Below, piece after piece: positions 49,349 through 58,635 of a stretch of 64,000 nucleotides of DNA. The stretch spans positions 691,998-755,997 of the forward strand of contig CAVUKA010000003.1 in the NCBI GenBank assembly GCA_963741945.1, read 5' to 3'. The DNA is from an uncultured Gemmatimonadales bacterium. GTDB lineage: Bacteria; Gemmatimonadota; Gemmatimonadetes; Longimicrobiales; RSA9. Every line of letters begins with the position of its first letter. Position 1 is the first letter of the stretch. The position numbers and the translations under genes are program-made. Below the pieces are notes generated by a model, which worked only from the letters and a program-made list of their open reading frames with translations, had not been told where the DNA came from and ran no database searches.

Positions 49349-51133
49349 ATGGCAACCGCTCCCTGGCTCGATCACTACGACCCGGGCGTGCCCCGTACGC
49401 TCCTGCCCTACCCCGACCGCACCCTCCTGGACTACGTCCGCGAGGCCGCCGAGCGGGGGCCGGAGCGGACGGCCGTGCTGTTCCGCGGCGCGGCGCTCAG
49501 CAACGCGCGGCTGGAGCGGGAGAGCGATTCGCTGGCGGCGGCGCTCGTGGCGCGCGGGCTTCGCAAGGGGGATCGCGTCGCGCTGGTGCTGCCCAACTCG
49601 CCCCAGTTCGTGATCGCCGAGCTCGGGATCTGGAAAGCGGGTGGCGTGGTGGCGCCGCTGAACCCGATCTACACCGGGCACGAGCTGGAAGAGGCCATGG
49701 CCCAGAGCCGCCCCCGGCTGGCCATCGTGCTCACGCGCTTCTACGAACGGGTGAAGGCGCTGCAGCCGCGCAGCTCTCTCGAGACGGTCGTCGCCACCAG
49801 CATCAAGGAGTACCTGCCGCCCGTTCTCCGCGTGCTCTACACGCTCCTGCGTGAAAAGAAGGAGGGGGACCGGATCCGGCTTCAGCCAGGCGACGCCTGG
49901 CTGGGCGAGATCATCCGCGAGCACGCCACGTCACCCCGCCCCGCGGTGGACGTGAACCCCGACGATCCGGCGCTCCTCCTCATGAGCGGCGGGACCACGG
50001 GCTCGCCCAAGGCTGCGCTCGGACGCCACCGGTCCATCGTGATGAGCGGTCTCCAGCTCCGCAGCTGGCTGCACCCGATCCTGAGCGAGTGGGACGACCT
50101 CGTCATGCTCCCGCTCCCGCTCTTCCACGTCTACGGGAGCGCCGGCGTCCAGAGCTTCGCCCTCATCGGGCACAACCCGCTCGTCCTGCCGCCCAATCCC
50201 CGGGACATGGACGACCTGATCCATACGGTCCACCGCCTCCGGCCTACCATCTTCGCGGGCGTTCCCGCCCTCTTTTCGGCCATGCTGGAGCACCCGAAAG
50301 TGAAGGCGGGGAAGGTGGACATGAGCTCCATCGACGGGTGCTTCTCCGGGGCGTCGCCCCTGCTGGCGGAGACGAAGCGGCGCTTCGAGTCGCTCACGGG
50401 CGGCGTCATCGTGGAGGGGTACTCCCTCACCGAGGCCATGATGGCGTGCTGTGTCAATCCGGTGCTCGGCGAGAAGAAGGTGGGCTCCGTCGGCATGCCG
50501 ATGCCCGACATGGAAGTCCGGATCGTCGATCCGGAGGATGGCGACCGCACGCTCCCGACCGGCGAGGTGGGCGAGCTGCTGATGCGGGCGCCCCAGCTGA
50601 TGGACGGGTACTGGGAGCAGCCGAACGAGACTGCCGAGACCCTCCGTCGCCACGGGGAGGGCGGCGCGTGGCTCCACACGGGCGACCTGGCCACGCTGGA
50701 CGACGACGGGTATGTCCGCATCGTCGACCGCAAGAAGGACCTGATCAAGGTGAGCGGACTGCAGGTCTGGCCCCGTGAGGTCGAGGAGGTCGTCGCCGCC
50801 CACCCCGCCGTCGCCGACGTCGGATGCGCCGGCATCCCCCACCCGCGCAAGGGCGAGGTGGTCAAGGCGTGGGTCGTGCTCCGGGGCGGCGAGGCCGCCA
50901 CCGAGGACGAGATCCGGGACCACTGTCGCAAGGCGCTGGCGCCGTTCAAGGTGCCGCGCGCCGTGGAATTCTGCGACGAGCTGCCCCGCAACATGATGGG
51001 GAAGGTCCTGCGCCGATCGCTACGCGAGAGCGCGGCCCGGGAAGCCGGCGAGCTCCCGCCGGAGCAGGTAGTCACCGCCGCGGCGTGGGAAGCTGGCGCC
51101 GCAGACGCCATTCAACCGCACCGTGAGATGTGA
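49349..51133 (+). CDS. Long-chain fatty-acid--CoA ligase (AMP-binding)
   Basis: SGGTTGSPK, PLPLFHVYG, EGYSLTE, HTGD, DRKKDLI, GKVLRR. AGGAGG SD. Confidence 0.93.
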   Translation: MATAPWLDHYDPGVPRTLLPYPDRTLLDYVREAAERGPERTAVLFRGAALSNARLERESDSLAAALVARGLRKGDRVALVLPNSPQFVIAELGIWKAGGVVAPLNPIYTGHELEEAMAQSRPRLAIVLTRFYERVKALQPRSSLETVVATSIKEYLPPVLRVLYTLLREKKEGDRIRLQPGDAWLGEIIREHATSPRPAVDVNPDDPALLLMSGGTTGSPKAALGRHRSIVMSGLQLRSWLHPILSEWDDLVMLPLPLFHVYGSAGVQSFALIGHNPLVLPPNPRDMDDLIHTVHRLRPTIFAGVPALFSAMLEHPKVKAGKVDMSSIDGCFSGASPLLAETKRRFESLTGGVIVEGYSLTEAMMACCVNPVLGEKKVGSVGMPMPDMEVRIVDPEDGDRTLPTGEVGELLMRAPQLMDGYWEQPNETAETLRRHGEGGAWLHTGDLATLDDDGYVRIVDRKKDLIKVSGLQVWPREVEEVVAAHPAVADVGCAGIPHPRKGEVVKAWVVLRGGEAATEDEIRDHCRKALAPFKVPRAVEFCDELPRNMMGKVLRRSLRESAAREAGELPPEQVVTAAAWEAGAADAIQPHREM

Positions 51134-51137
51134 CACC

Positions 51138-52757
51138 ATGACCATGCGACGGATACCCACGCTCCTGACGGCGACGATCCTCGCCGCCACTGCGTGCGCG
51201 AAAGCGCCCGAGGCCGCCATCAGCGCTGAAGGCATCATGAACAATGTGCTCGTCCTCTCCGCCGACAGCATGGAGGGGCGCGCTCCTGCGAGCATCGGTG
51301 AGCGGCGAGCCACCGACTACATCGCGGAGCGCTTCGCGGCGGTCGGTCTGGAGCCGGTCGGCGAGAGCTACATCCTCCCGGTGGAGTTGGTGGGTATGAC
51401 CCGCGACGGCGAGGCGTCCACACTGACGCTCAAGGGCCCCGATGGCGCGCTGTCGCTCCGCGACGGCGAGAATTTCACGTTCTGGTCCACCAGTGAGGAG
51501 CCGGTGGTGGAGCTGAGCGACGTTCCCGTGGTCTTCGTGGGCTACGGCGTGGAAGCGCCCGAGCACGACTGGGACGACTTCAAGGGCCAGGACGTGAGCG
51601 GGAAGGTTCTGCTCTTCCTCAACGATGACCCGCAGGTGGAGGAGGACGGCGATCCCCTCTTCGGCGGGCCCGCGCGCACGTACTACGGACGCTGGACGTA
51701 CAAGTTCGAGCAGGCGCAGAAGCACGGCGCCGTGGGCGCCATCGTGGTCCACACCACGAAATCCGCCAGCTACGGCTTCAGCGTCATCGGCGACACGGGC
51801 GAGCGCCAGATCTGGCAACGGAACTACCGCGTGCCCCTGCTGGCCTGGATGGACTCGACGCTCTCCGAGCAGGTGGCGCATTCCATGGGCACGGACCTCA
51901 CCGCCCTCTCCCGGCAGGCCGACACCCGCGAGTTCCGGCCGGTGGACACCGGCTACCGGCTCAGCGCCCACGTCGAGACCGCCATCTCCCGCGTTCAGGC
52001 CCGGAACGTGGCAGGCGTGGTCCGTGGCACCGACCCCGACCTCGCCGATCAGTACATCGTCTTCACGGCGCATCACGACCACCTGGGCATGGCGCCCGCC
52101 GCCGACGACCCATCCGCCGACCGCGTCTACAACGGTGCCGCGGACAACGCCCTCGGCGTCGCGTCCATCATCGCGGCCGCCGACGCCTTCGCACGCGCAC
52201 CCGCCCGGCGCCCCGTCATGTTCGTGGCCGTCACCGCCGAGGAGGGCGGCCTCCTCGGCAGCGGTGCCTTCGTCGCCAACCCGCCCATCCCGCTGCACGA
52301 GATCGTGGCCGACTTCAACGTCGACTCGCCCCAGATGTTCGGCGTCACGCGCGACGTGGCGGCCATCGGGCTCGACGTGAGCGACCTCGGCGATGCGTTC
52401 GCCGGCGTCGTGGAGGAGCTCGGCCTCACCCCCGTCGGCGACCCGAACCCGGCCGCCGGCAGCTTCTACCGCTCCGACCAGGTCAGCTTCGCCAGGATGG
52501 GCATCCCCGCGCTCTACCTGCAGGCCGGCCGCGAATACGTGGACTCCCTTGGGTTCGACCCGCAGGAGTACCACGCTCAGCGCTACCACCAGGTGGCCGA
52601 CGAGGTCTCCGACTCCTGGAACCTCGCCGGCACCGAGCGCGACATGCGGATCCTCGTCGAGACCGCCCGCCGCGTCGCTGACGCCCCGCTGCCGCCCCGC
52701 TGGCGCCCCGGCAGCGAGTTCGAGTCCGAGTACGAGGCGCTGTACGGCGGCCACTGA
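51138..52757 (+). CDS. M28 family metallopeptidase lipoprotein with PA domain
   Basis: Lipobox ATAC, YYGRWTYKFE, TAHHDHLG, NGAADNA, TAEEGGLLGS, YRSDQ, YHQVAD. Confidence 0.93.
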   Translation: MTMRRIPTLLTATILAATACAKAPEAAISAEGIMNNVLVLSADSMEGRAPASIGERRATDYIAERFAAVGLEPVGESYILPVELVGMTRDGEASTLTLKGPDGALSLRDGENFTFWSTSEEPVVELSDVPVVFVGYGVEAPEHDWDDFKGQDVSGKVLLFLNDDPQVEEDGDPLFGGPARTYYGRWTYKFEQAQKHGAVGAIVVHTTKSASYGFSVIGDTGERQIWQRNYRVPLLAWMDSTLSEQVAHSMGTDLTALSRQADTREFRPVDTGYRLSAHVETAISRVQARNVAGVVRGTDPDLADQYIVFTAHHDHLGMAPAADDPSADRVYNGAADNALGVASIIAAADAFARAPARRPVMFVAVTAEEGGLLGSGAFVANPPIPLHEIVADFNVDSPQMFGVTRDVAAIGLDVSDLGDAFAGVVEELGLTPVGDPNPAAGSFYRSDQVSFARMGIPALYLQAGREYVDSLGFDPQEYHAQRYHQVADEVSDSWNLAGTERDMRILVETARRVADAPLPPRWRPGSEFESEYEALYGGH

Positions 52758-52940
52758 CCCGATTCCCAGGCCCCGCCGGCGAGCAGGGGCCGAACGGCAG
52801 CCGGCGCGGGCATGCCCGCGCCGGCTGTCCGCCGGGCGGCCGGAGGAGCGCGCGGACGGTCTGGCACCGGAGGGACCGGCCTACTATGCTGAAAGAGGGT
52901 GAAGCTCCGAATTCACTCATCGATCAGGTGAGAAGTACGT

Positions 52941-53303
52941 ATGGCCACAACAAAGGGCTCGACCCTCACCCGCTGCCGCGTCTGTGACGCCGAGCTCGAC
53001 GCGCGTGTCCTCCAGTGCCCGGAATGCGGGACCTGCTGCCCCGGCTGTACCTCGGACGGCCTGCGCATCCGCCTCACGGATACACCCACAGGCCGCCGCC
53101 TGGCCCTCGCCAGGAGCGGGGTCTGTGGCAAGCTGCAGGCCATGCACGAGGAGATCGGACACGCCCTCATGGAAGCGATCTGGGAGCTGGACAACCTCCC
53201 GGTGCATACCGACGAAGCCATGGCCCGCCTCTTCGCCGTGCTGGACGATGTCGAAGATGCGGTCACTCGGACCCGGGCGCTCGACGAGCTGATCGAGGAG
53301 TAG
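52941..53303 (+). CDS. Hypothetical Cys-rich (zinc ribbon) protein with helical C-terminus
   Basis: CRVC...CPECGTCCPGC. Confidence 0.6.
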   Translation: MATTKGSTLTRCRVCDAELDARVLQCPECGTCCPGCTSDGLRIRLTDTPTGRRLALARSGVCGKLQAMHEEIGHALMEAIWELDNLPVHTDEAMARLFAVLDDVEDAVTRTRALDELIEE

Positions 53304-53402
53304 CGACGGCCGGGTTCCCCCCGGCTATTCCTCGCGTTCCGGCCACCCCTGCCGCCCGCGCGCTCCGGCGCTCGCGCGCCCACCGACTCCACTTCCCATC
53401 CG

Positions 53403-53418
53403 CGGAATGCCCCTTGCT
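53403..53418 (+). promoter_or_regulatory. Candidate sigma54 promoter
   Basis: C-GG-AATGCCCCTT-GC-T, 40 nt upstream of ATG 53457. Confidence 0.5.
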
Positions 53419-53456
53419 ACAGATGTTTGTGAACTCAACTGCGGAGGAGGCCCGCA

Positions 53457-54134
53457 ATGGCGAACGGAGATATCGAACGGAGGCCGCGGCGACGCCGTGG
53501 CGCGAACTGGGTTTGGTGGATCGTCGGCGCGCTGGTGATCGTCCTCATCGTCTGGTGGTGGGTTGGCGACTGGGGCGTCAACAAGGACAACGGCTACGCC
53601 CTCGACAACACGGAGCAGGTCGCGCCTGCGCCGGCAGCGACCCCGGCGCCCGGCGCTGCGACAACGGACATCCCGGTGAACGACATCGTCGCGAACCCGG
53701 GCACGTATCGCGGCCAGAGCTTCTCGGGGCCGATCGAGGTGACCGGTGCGCCGACGGCGCGCGGCTTCTGGGCGCAGAGCACGACCAGCGAGCCGGGCAT
53801 GACGAGCGCACCGCGGATCTTCGTGGTGGTCACGGACCAGCCGCAGGGTCAGCCGTTGAACGTTACTTCCGGAGCGCGCTATACGCTCCAGAACGCGATG
53901 GTCCGTGAGTCGTCGGCGGCGAGCACGGTGCCAGGCGAGCCGCTGGATCAGCAGACGCGCTCGATCGTGAGCAGCCAGCCGGTGTTCCTGACGGTGTCCG
54001 CCATGGACATCAAGCCGGCGAACGGGACACAGGGGCAAACCGGTAACCAGCCCGGTGCCTACGGCGGCGCCGCGCAGGATGGCGTGAATGAGCCGGCGGC
54101 GGTTTCGCCGGGCAATGACCAGGGCGGGATGTAA
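53457..54134 (+). CDS. Membrane-anchored hypothetical protein
   Basis: GGAGGAGG SD, basic N-terminus, Trp-rich TM helix, soluble domain. Confidence 0.8.
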   Translation: MANGDIERRPRRRRGANWVWWIVGALVIVLIVWWWVGDWGVNKDNGYALDNTEQVAPAPAATPAPGAATTDIPVNDIVANPGTYRGQSFSGPIEVTGAPTARGFWAQSTTSEPGMTSAPRIFVVVTDQPQGQPLNVTSGARYTLQNAMVRESSAASTVPGEPLDQQTRSIVSSQPVFLTVSAMDIKPANGTQGQTGNQPGAYGGAAQDGVNEPAAVSPGNDQGGM

Positions 54135-54293
54135 CGCACCGCCGCACAGCCGGACGGCGCCTGCCGCGGTCTTTCCGCGGCGGGCGTTCGTGCGTCCGTG
54201 GCGGGCGCGACGCTGCCGGGGGTTCTTTCCTCGCGCCCGGAGCTTGCATATTGGAACGGCTGCAGCAACTCCCACTCAGTCCGAAAGGTGACC

Positions 54294-55178
54294 GTGCATC
54301 GATCCATGGAAGCGCTTCTCGCGGAAGCGCGAGAGCGGGGTGATGCGCTCCCCGACGTCGTGATCCGGATGGAGACATCGGAGAGCGGCCGGAGCGAGGA
54401 GGAGATCCGCGCCCGGGTCCGGAAGACGCTCCAGGTGATGCGCGACGCCATCAGCGAGGGTCTCGCGGGCGACGTCCGATCGCCGTCCGGCCTCACCGGC
54501 GGCCGGGCCGCGCGTCTGCACGCGGACGGGCCCCGCCTGCTGGGGGACCGCCTCACCACCATGCTCTCGCGGGCCATTGCCACGCTGGAAGTGAACGCCG
54601 CCATGGGACTCATCGTTGCGGCGCCCACGGCCGGGGCGGCCGGAGTGCTCCCGGCTATTCTCATGTCCGCGGGGGAGATCCTGGAAGCGGACGAAGATCG
54701 GCTGGTGGACGCCATGCTGGTGGCTGGCGGCGTCGGCGGAGTGATCGCGCACCGGGCGTCGCTGTCGGGCGCTGCCGGCGGCTGCCAGGCCGAGACGGGT
54801 TCGGCCGCGGCCATGGGCGCCGCGGCCGTGACATGGCTCGCGGGCGGCACGCATGAGCAGGTCGCCACCTCGGTGGCGCTGGCGCTCCAGGGGATGCTCG
54901 GCCTGATCTGCGACCCGATCGGCGGACTCGTCGAGATCCCGTGCATCTACCGGAACGCGTCCGCGGCCATGCAGGCGCTCGCGGCCGCGGAGATGGCGCT
55001 CGCGGGCCTGGACTTCCCGATCCCCGCCGACGAGGTCATCGACGTCATGGGTGAAGTCGGGCGGAAGATGCCGGTCGCCTACCGCGAGACGGCGCAGGGC
55101 GGCCTCGCCGCCACGCCCTCCGCCCGCCGCCTCGTCCAGATCCAGCCATCGCGCAGCCCGGCCGGCATCAGCGCGTAG
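54294..55178 (+). CDS. sdaAA: L-serine ammonia-lyase, iron-sulfur-dependent, alpha subunit
   Basis: EVNAAMGLIVAAPTAGAAGVLP, SGAAGGCQAETG, GLICDPIGGLVEIPC, RETAQGGLA. Confidence 0.95.
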   Translation: MHRSMEALLAEARERGDALPDVVIRMETSESGRSEEEIRARVRKTLQVMRDAISEGLAGDVRSPSGLTGGRAARLHADGPRLLGDRLTTMLSRAIATLEVNAAMGLIVAAPTAGAAGVLPAILMSAGEILEADEDRLVDAMLVAGGVGGVIAHRASLSGAAGGCQAETGSAAAMGAAAVTWLAGGTHEQVATSVALALQGMLGLICDPIGGLVEIPCIYRNASAAMQALAAAEMALAGLDFPIPADEVIDVMGEVGRKMPVAYRETAQGGLAATPSARRLVQIQPSRSPAGISA

Positions 55179-55213
55179 ACAGAACCCGAAGCCCCTGGAA
55201 CCGAGAACCTGAA

Positions 55214-55879
55214 ATGGTCGGACTCTTCGACATCCTCGGCCCCGTCATGGTGGGGCCCTCGTCGTCGCACACGGCCGGCGCGTGCCGCCTCGGGCTGCTC
55301 GCACGCGCCATTTTCGGCGAAACGCCCGAGCGGGCGACGATCCGCCTCCACGGCTCCTTCGCCGCCACCGGCGAGGGGCACGGCACCCAGCGAGCCATCG
55401 TGGGCGGACTCATGGGCACCGCACCGGATGATCTCCGCCTCCGCTCTGCGTTCGAGGACGCTGAAGCCGCCCGCCTGGACTACCGCTTCGAGACTGTCGA
55501 CCTCGGCGACGACGCCCATCCGAACACGGCCGTCTTCGAGCTCGAGGGCGGCGGCGACACGCTCCACGTTCGCGGCGCGTCCGTGGGCGGTGGCCGGGTC
55601 CGGATCACCGAGATCGACGAGTTCCCCGTCGACCTGGGCGGCGACTTTCACACCCTCGTCCTCGCCGCCCACGACCGCCCCGGGACCATCGCCACCATCA
55701 GCAGCCTGTTCGCCGAGGAGGGCGTGAACCTCGCCACCATGCGAGTGGACCGCACCGGCCGTCACCGGGAAGCGCTCATGACGCTGGAGGTGGACGCGCC
55801 CATCAGTGACGGCGTCCTGGAGCGGGTCCGTGCCTTCGACTGGGTGCTCTGGGCGAGGCGGATCGAACAGATCGCGTAG
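55214..55879 (+). CDS. sdaAB: L-serine ammonia-lyase, beta subunit (with ACT domain)
   Basis: FDILGPVMVGPSSSHTAGA, HGSFAATGEGHGT, HPNT, SVGGG, DRPGTIA. Confidence 0.95.
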   Translation: MVGLFDILGPVMVGPSSSHTAGACRLGLLARAIFGETPERATIRLHGSFAATGEGHGTQRAIVGGLMGTAPDDLRLRSAFEDAEAARLDYRFETVDLGDDAHPNTAVFELEGGGDTLHVRGASVGGGRVRITEIDEFPVDLGGDFHTLVLAAHDRPGTIATISSLFAEEGVNLATMRVDRTGRHREALMTLEVDAPISDGVLERVRAFDWVLWARRIEQIA

Positions 55880-56028
55880 GCCTCTTTCTCCGTCGAGAAC
55901 CTACCGCGCCGCCGGCGGCGGTCGTATCGTGGACAGCGCCGCATGCTGAACCTCCCGCCCGCGCCGGTGGACCGGCCGCACAGTGCCCGCCCGCGGAGAT
56001 CACGCAACGTCTTGCCGGAGAGAGCATC

Positions 56029-56370
56029 ATGGAAACGATGACCACGCCGACGGACACCACGATCGTGATCGGATTCAGGGACGGTGTGCTGACGTTCACC
56101 GACGCGCAGACCGGGCGGGACGCCACCGTTGCCCATGCGTGGCCCGGTCGGACCGTCGAGTGGACAGCCGAGAGCCCCGTCGACCAGTGGGTGGTCATCC
56201 TCGAAGAGAATGTCCCTTTCGGTCACCGCCTCCTGGCCAGCTCGGGCAAGCACGGCGGCACGGTCGAGGGTCGTGGAAAGCTGGAGGCCATCAAGTACTG
56301 GGTGGTGGGCATCGTGGAAGGCGAGATGAAGGTGATCGATCCGATCCTGGTGATCCGGGACCAGACGTAG
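56029..56370 (+). CDS. Small beta-rich hypothetical protein ending in DPILVI
   Basis: GGAGAG SD, GRTVEW, KYWV, IDPILVIR. Confidence 0.7.
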   Translation: METMTTPTDTTIVIGFRDGVLTFTDAQTGRDATVAHAWPGRTVEWTAESPVDQWVVILEENVPFGHRLLASSGKHGGTVEGRGKLEAIKYWVVGIVEGEMKVIDPILVIRDQT

Positions 56371-56446
56371 CAGCCGCGGCCAGCATGGAGGCCGCTGCGG
56401 AGCTTCCGTCCGTCTCACCCGAGCGCGGGGCGTCCGGCCGCGGCCC

Positions 56447-58333
56447 CTACTCCGCCGGTCTCACGAGGCGGATGAACGCCGGATCGGAGTGCAGGGGATG
56501 GAAGATCCAGTCGCGGGCGGCTACGTCGCGCCAGGAGGGATACTCCTCCAGGTAGCGCCGCAGGAGATCGAGCGCTCTCGGCAGGTCGCCGAGCTCGACC
56601 GCGATCTGCGCCTCATCGTAGCCCCACAGCGCGGCGGGCTCCTCGCCGAGGGCCCTGTGGACGATGGACCACGCGCTGTCCGCCAGCCCCGCCCGCGCGG
56701 CCGTTTTCGCCACCTGTAGCGCGCCGAAGAGGCGGAAGTCGCTCTGCCTGCCCGCGCTGGCGGAGACGACGAGCGTGTCCACGAGGCTCCAGGCCCGGTC
56801 CACGTCCGGCTCCACCTGCGGGAACGTACCGAGCACCATCAACTCCAGCTGGAGCAGGCTCGCGTCTTCGGGATAGCGGGCGCGCCCCTCGACTACCTGC
56901 TTCACGACGGCGTCGTCGGGGCCGAACTGCATGGTGCTGTAGGCTGCCGCGAAGAGCGCCGCGGGCTCCCGCTCCAGGAACTGATCGGCCTCGATGGCGT
57001 GCTGCGCCGCCAGACGCGCTTCCTCGAACCGTGCCTGATTCGTGAGCATGACGCTGAGCTCGCTCCACGCCGCGGCGCGGTCCGGATCGATTTCCACGGC
57101 CCGCCGGAGGTCGCTCTCGGCCAGGGCCTGCATGGCGGACAGGTCGCCCGACAGCGCAGGTGCGGATCGGGCACGGACGATGCCACGCAGCTCCAGCGCC
57201 CGCGCGGAGTCGGTGCCGAGGGCGACCGCGCGTTCCGCGTGCTCCAGCGCGCGCCGGCACCAGGCGGAGTCCGGCACGGTGGCGGAGCCGGTCGCCACGG
57301 CCATGGCCCTCGCCACGCCGCCGCGCCGGAGCGGCGGCTCGATCCACTGGGGGTCCAGCCGCTCCGCCCTTGCCAGGAGGGAATCCTCACGCAGCAGGAC
57401 CGCCCGGGCCGCCGCCACACTCTCGGTCCGGAGCGTGTCGTAGTCGGCCTGCAGCCGTCCGGCCCGGGCGACGAGTGCCCACGCCTCGTCGCTCTGGTTC
57501 CCCTGCCGCTGGCGGCGGAGCTGCAGCTCGCCACCCAGCACCTTGCGGAGCGCCCGGGCCACGCCCCCGACCAGGCTGTCCTGGAGCGCGATCCACTCGC
57601 CCACCGGCGCATCCACGTACTCGCTGTGAACGTGGCTCAGGTCGCTGCCGCGGATGAGCTGGAAAGTGACCCGGATGTCGCCGCCGGGCCCCGGCGCCAC
57701 GCTCCCTTCCACGATGCTGCCGGCCCGAAGCGCGGTCACCATCTGGTCGATGTCCACCTTCTGACCCCGGTACGGCTTCACGCCGTTGCGCGAGATCACG
57801 TCCAGCGAGCGCACCTGCCCCAGCTGGTGGATGAGCGCTTCCGTCAGCGCGTCGGCCAGGAACGCGGAGTGGCCGTCCTGCGTGTAGTCGTCGAAGTAGA
57901 GGACGGCCACGCGCGCGGGGTCCAGCGGCTGCGGGTCACCGATGCCCGCCTCGGTCGCCGTCGTCTCACGCACGCCCCAGAAATGCCAGCCGGAGACACC
58001 CATCCCGACACTCAACAGCACCACGAACAGGACGAGGACGATCCGCCCGCCCCCGCCCAGGAACTCGCTCAGTCGCTTTCCCGTCTCCGCGCGCACCCCG
58101 CCACCCGTGAACTGGAGCGCCCAGGCCAGGACCACCGCGATCGGGAAGCCCGCCGCGCCCACGATGATCGCCAGGTCGAGGAGCCAGAAAGGGTAGCCCA
58201 GGGCGGAAACGATGATCGTGTCCACGAACTGGACCACCGCGTACGCGGCCACGAGGTACAGGATCGCGGCCCGGGAAACGCGGCGTCGTCGCAGCTCCTG
58301 AAGGAACGACCGGAGGCGTGATCCGATCGGCAT
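56447..58333 (-). CDS. Membrane-anchored TolB-N-like/TPR protein
   Basis: FLQELRRRRV..Y, GFPIAVVLAW (3 TM), VAVLYF, LTEALIHQL, VISRNGV, VEGSV, TPR repeats, LHSDPAF. Confidence 0.85.
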   Translation of the reverse strand: MPIGSRLRSFLQELRRRRVSRAAILYLVAAYAVVQFVDTIIVSALGYPFWLLDLAIIVGAAGFPIAVVLAWALQFTGGGVRAETGKRLSEFLGGGGRIVLVLFVVLLSVGMGVSGWHFWGVRETTATEAGIGDPQPLDPARVAVLYFDDYTQDGHSAFLADALTEALIHQLGQVRSLDVISRNGVKPYRGQKVDIDQMVTALRAGSIVEGSVAPGPGGDIRVTFQLIRGSDLSHVHSEYVDAPVGEWIALQDSLVGGVARALRKVLGGELQLRRQRQGNQSDEAWALVARAGRLQADYDTLRTESVAAARAVLLREDSLLARAERLDPQWIEPPLRRGGVARAMAVATGSATVPDSAWCRRALEHAERAVALGTDSARALELRGIVRARSAPALSGDLSAMQALAESDLRRAVEIDPDRAAAWSELSVMLTNQARFEEARLAAQHAIEADQFLEREPAALFAAAYSTMQFGPDDAVVKQVVEGRARYPEDASLLQLELMVLGTFPQVEPDVDRAWSLVDTLVVSASAGRQSDFRLFGALQVAKTAARAGLADSAWSIVHRALGEEPAALWGYDEAQIAVELGDLPRALDLLRRYLEEYPSWRDVAARDWIFHPLHSDPAFIRLVRPAE

Positions 58334-58635
58334 GGGGCTCTTCTGCGGGTTGGGGGCAAGCCGTGCGGTGTACTGTTTCACTATGCCAGACGGCGGCGGC
58401 GCGGACAAGAGTGGTGATCGCGCCGAGTTCGCCGGGTCATGGCCATCGGGAGCCACCACCGTGCACCTGCGGGGGCACACGGATCGACTGCGAAGACCGG
58501 TCCACCCCCGCCCCCCCTTTCCCCGCCCCGCCCCCGCCCGCATCATCCGGGGCGCCCCGCTCGCCAGTCAGAGCCGTGAATCAGTCGGGGAACGACCCCG
58601 CACAGGGGCGGGGCCCATGGAGCGCATGACGCAGA

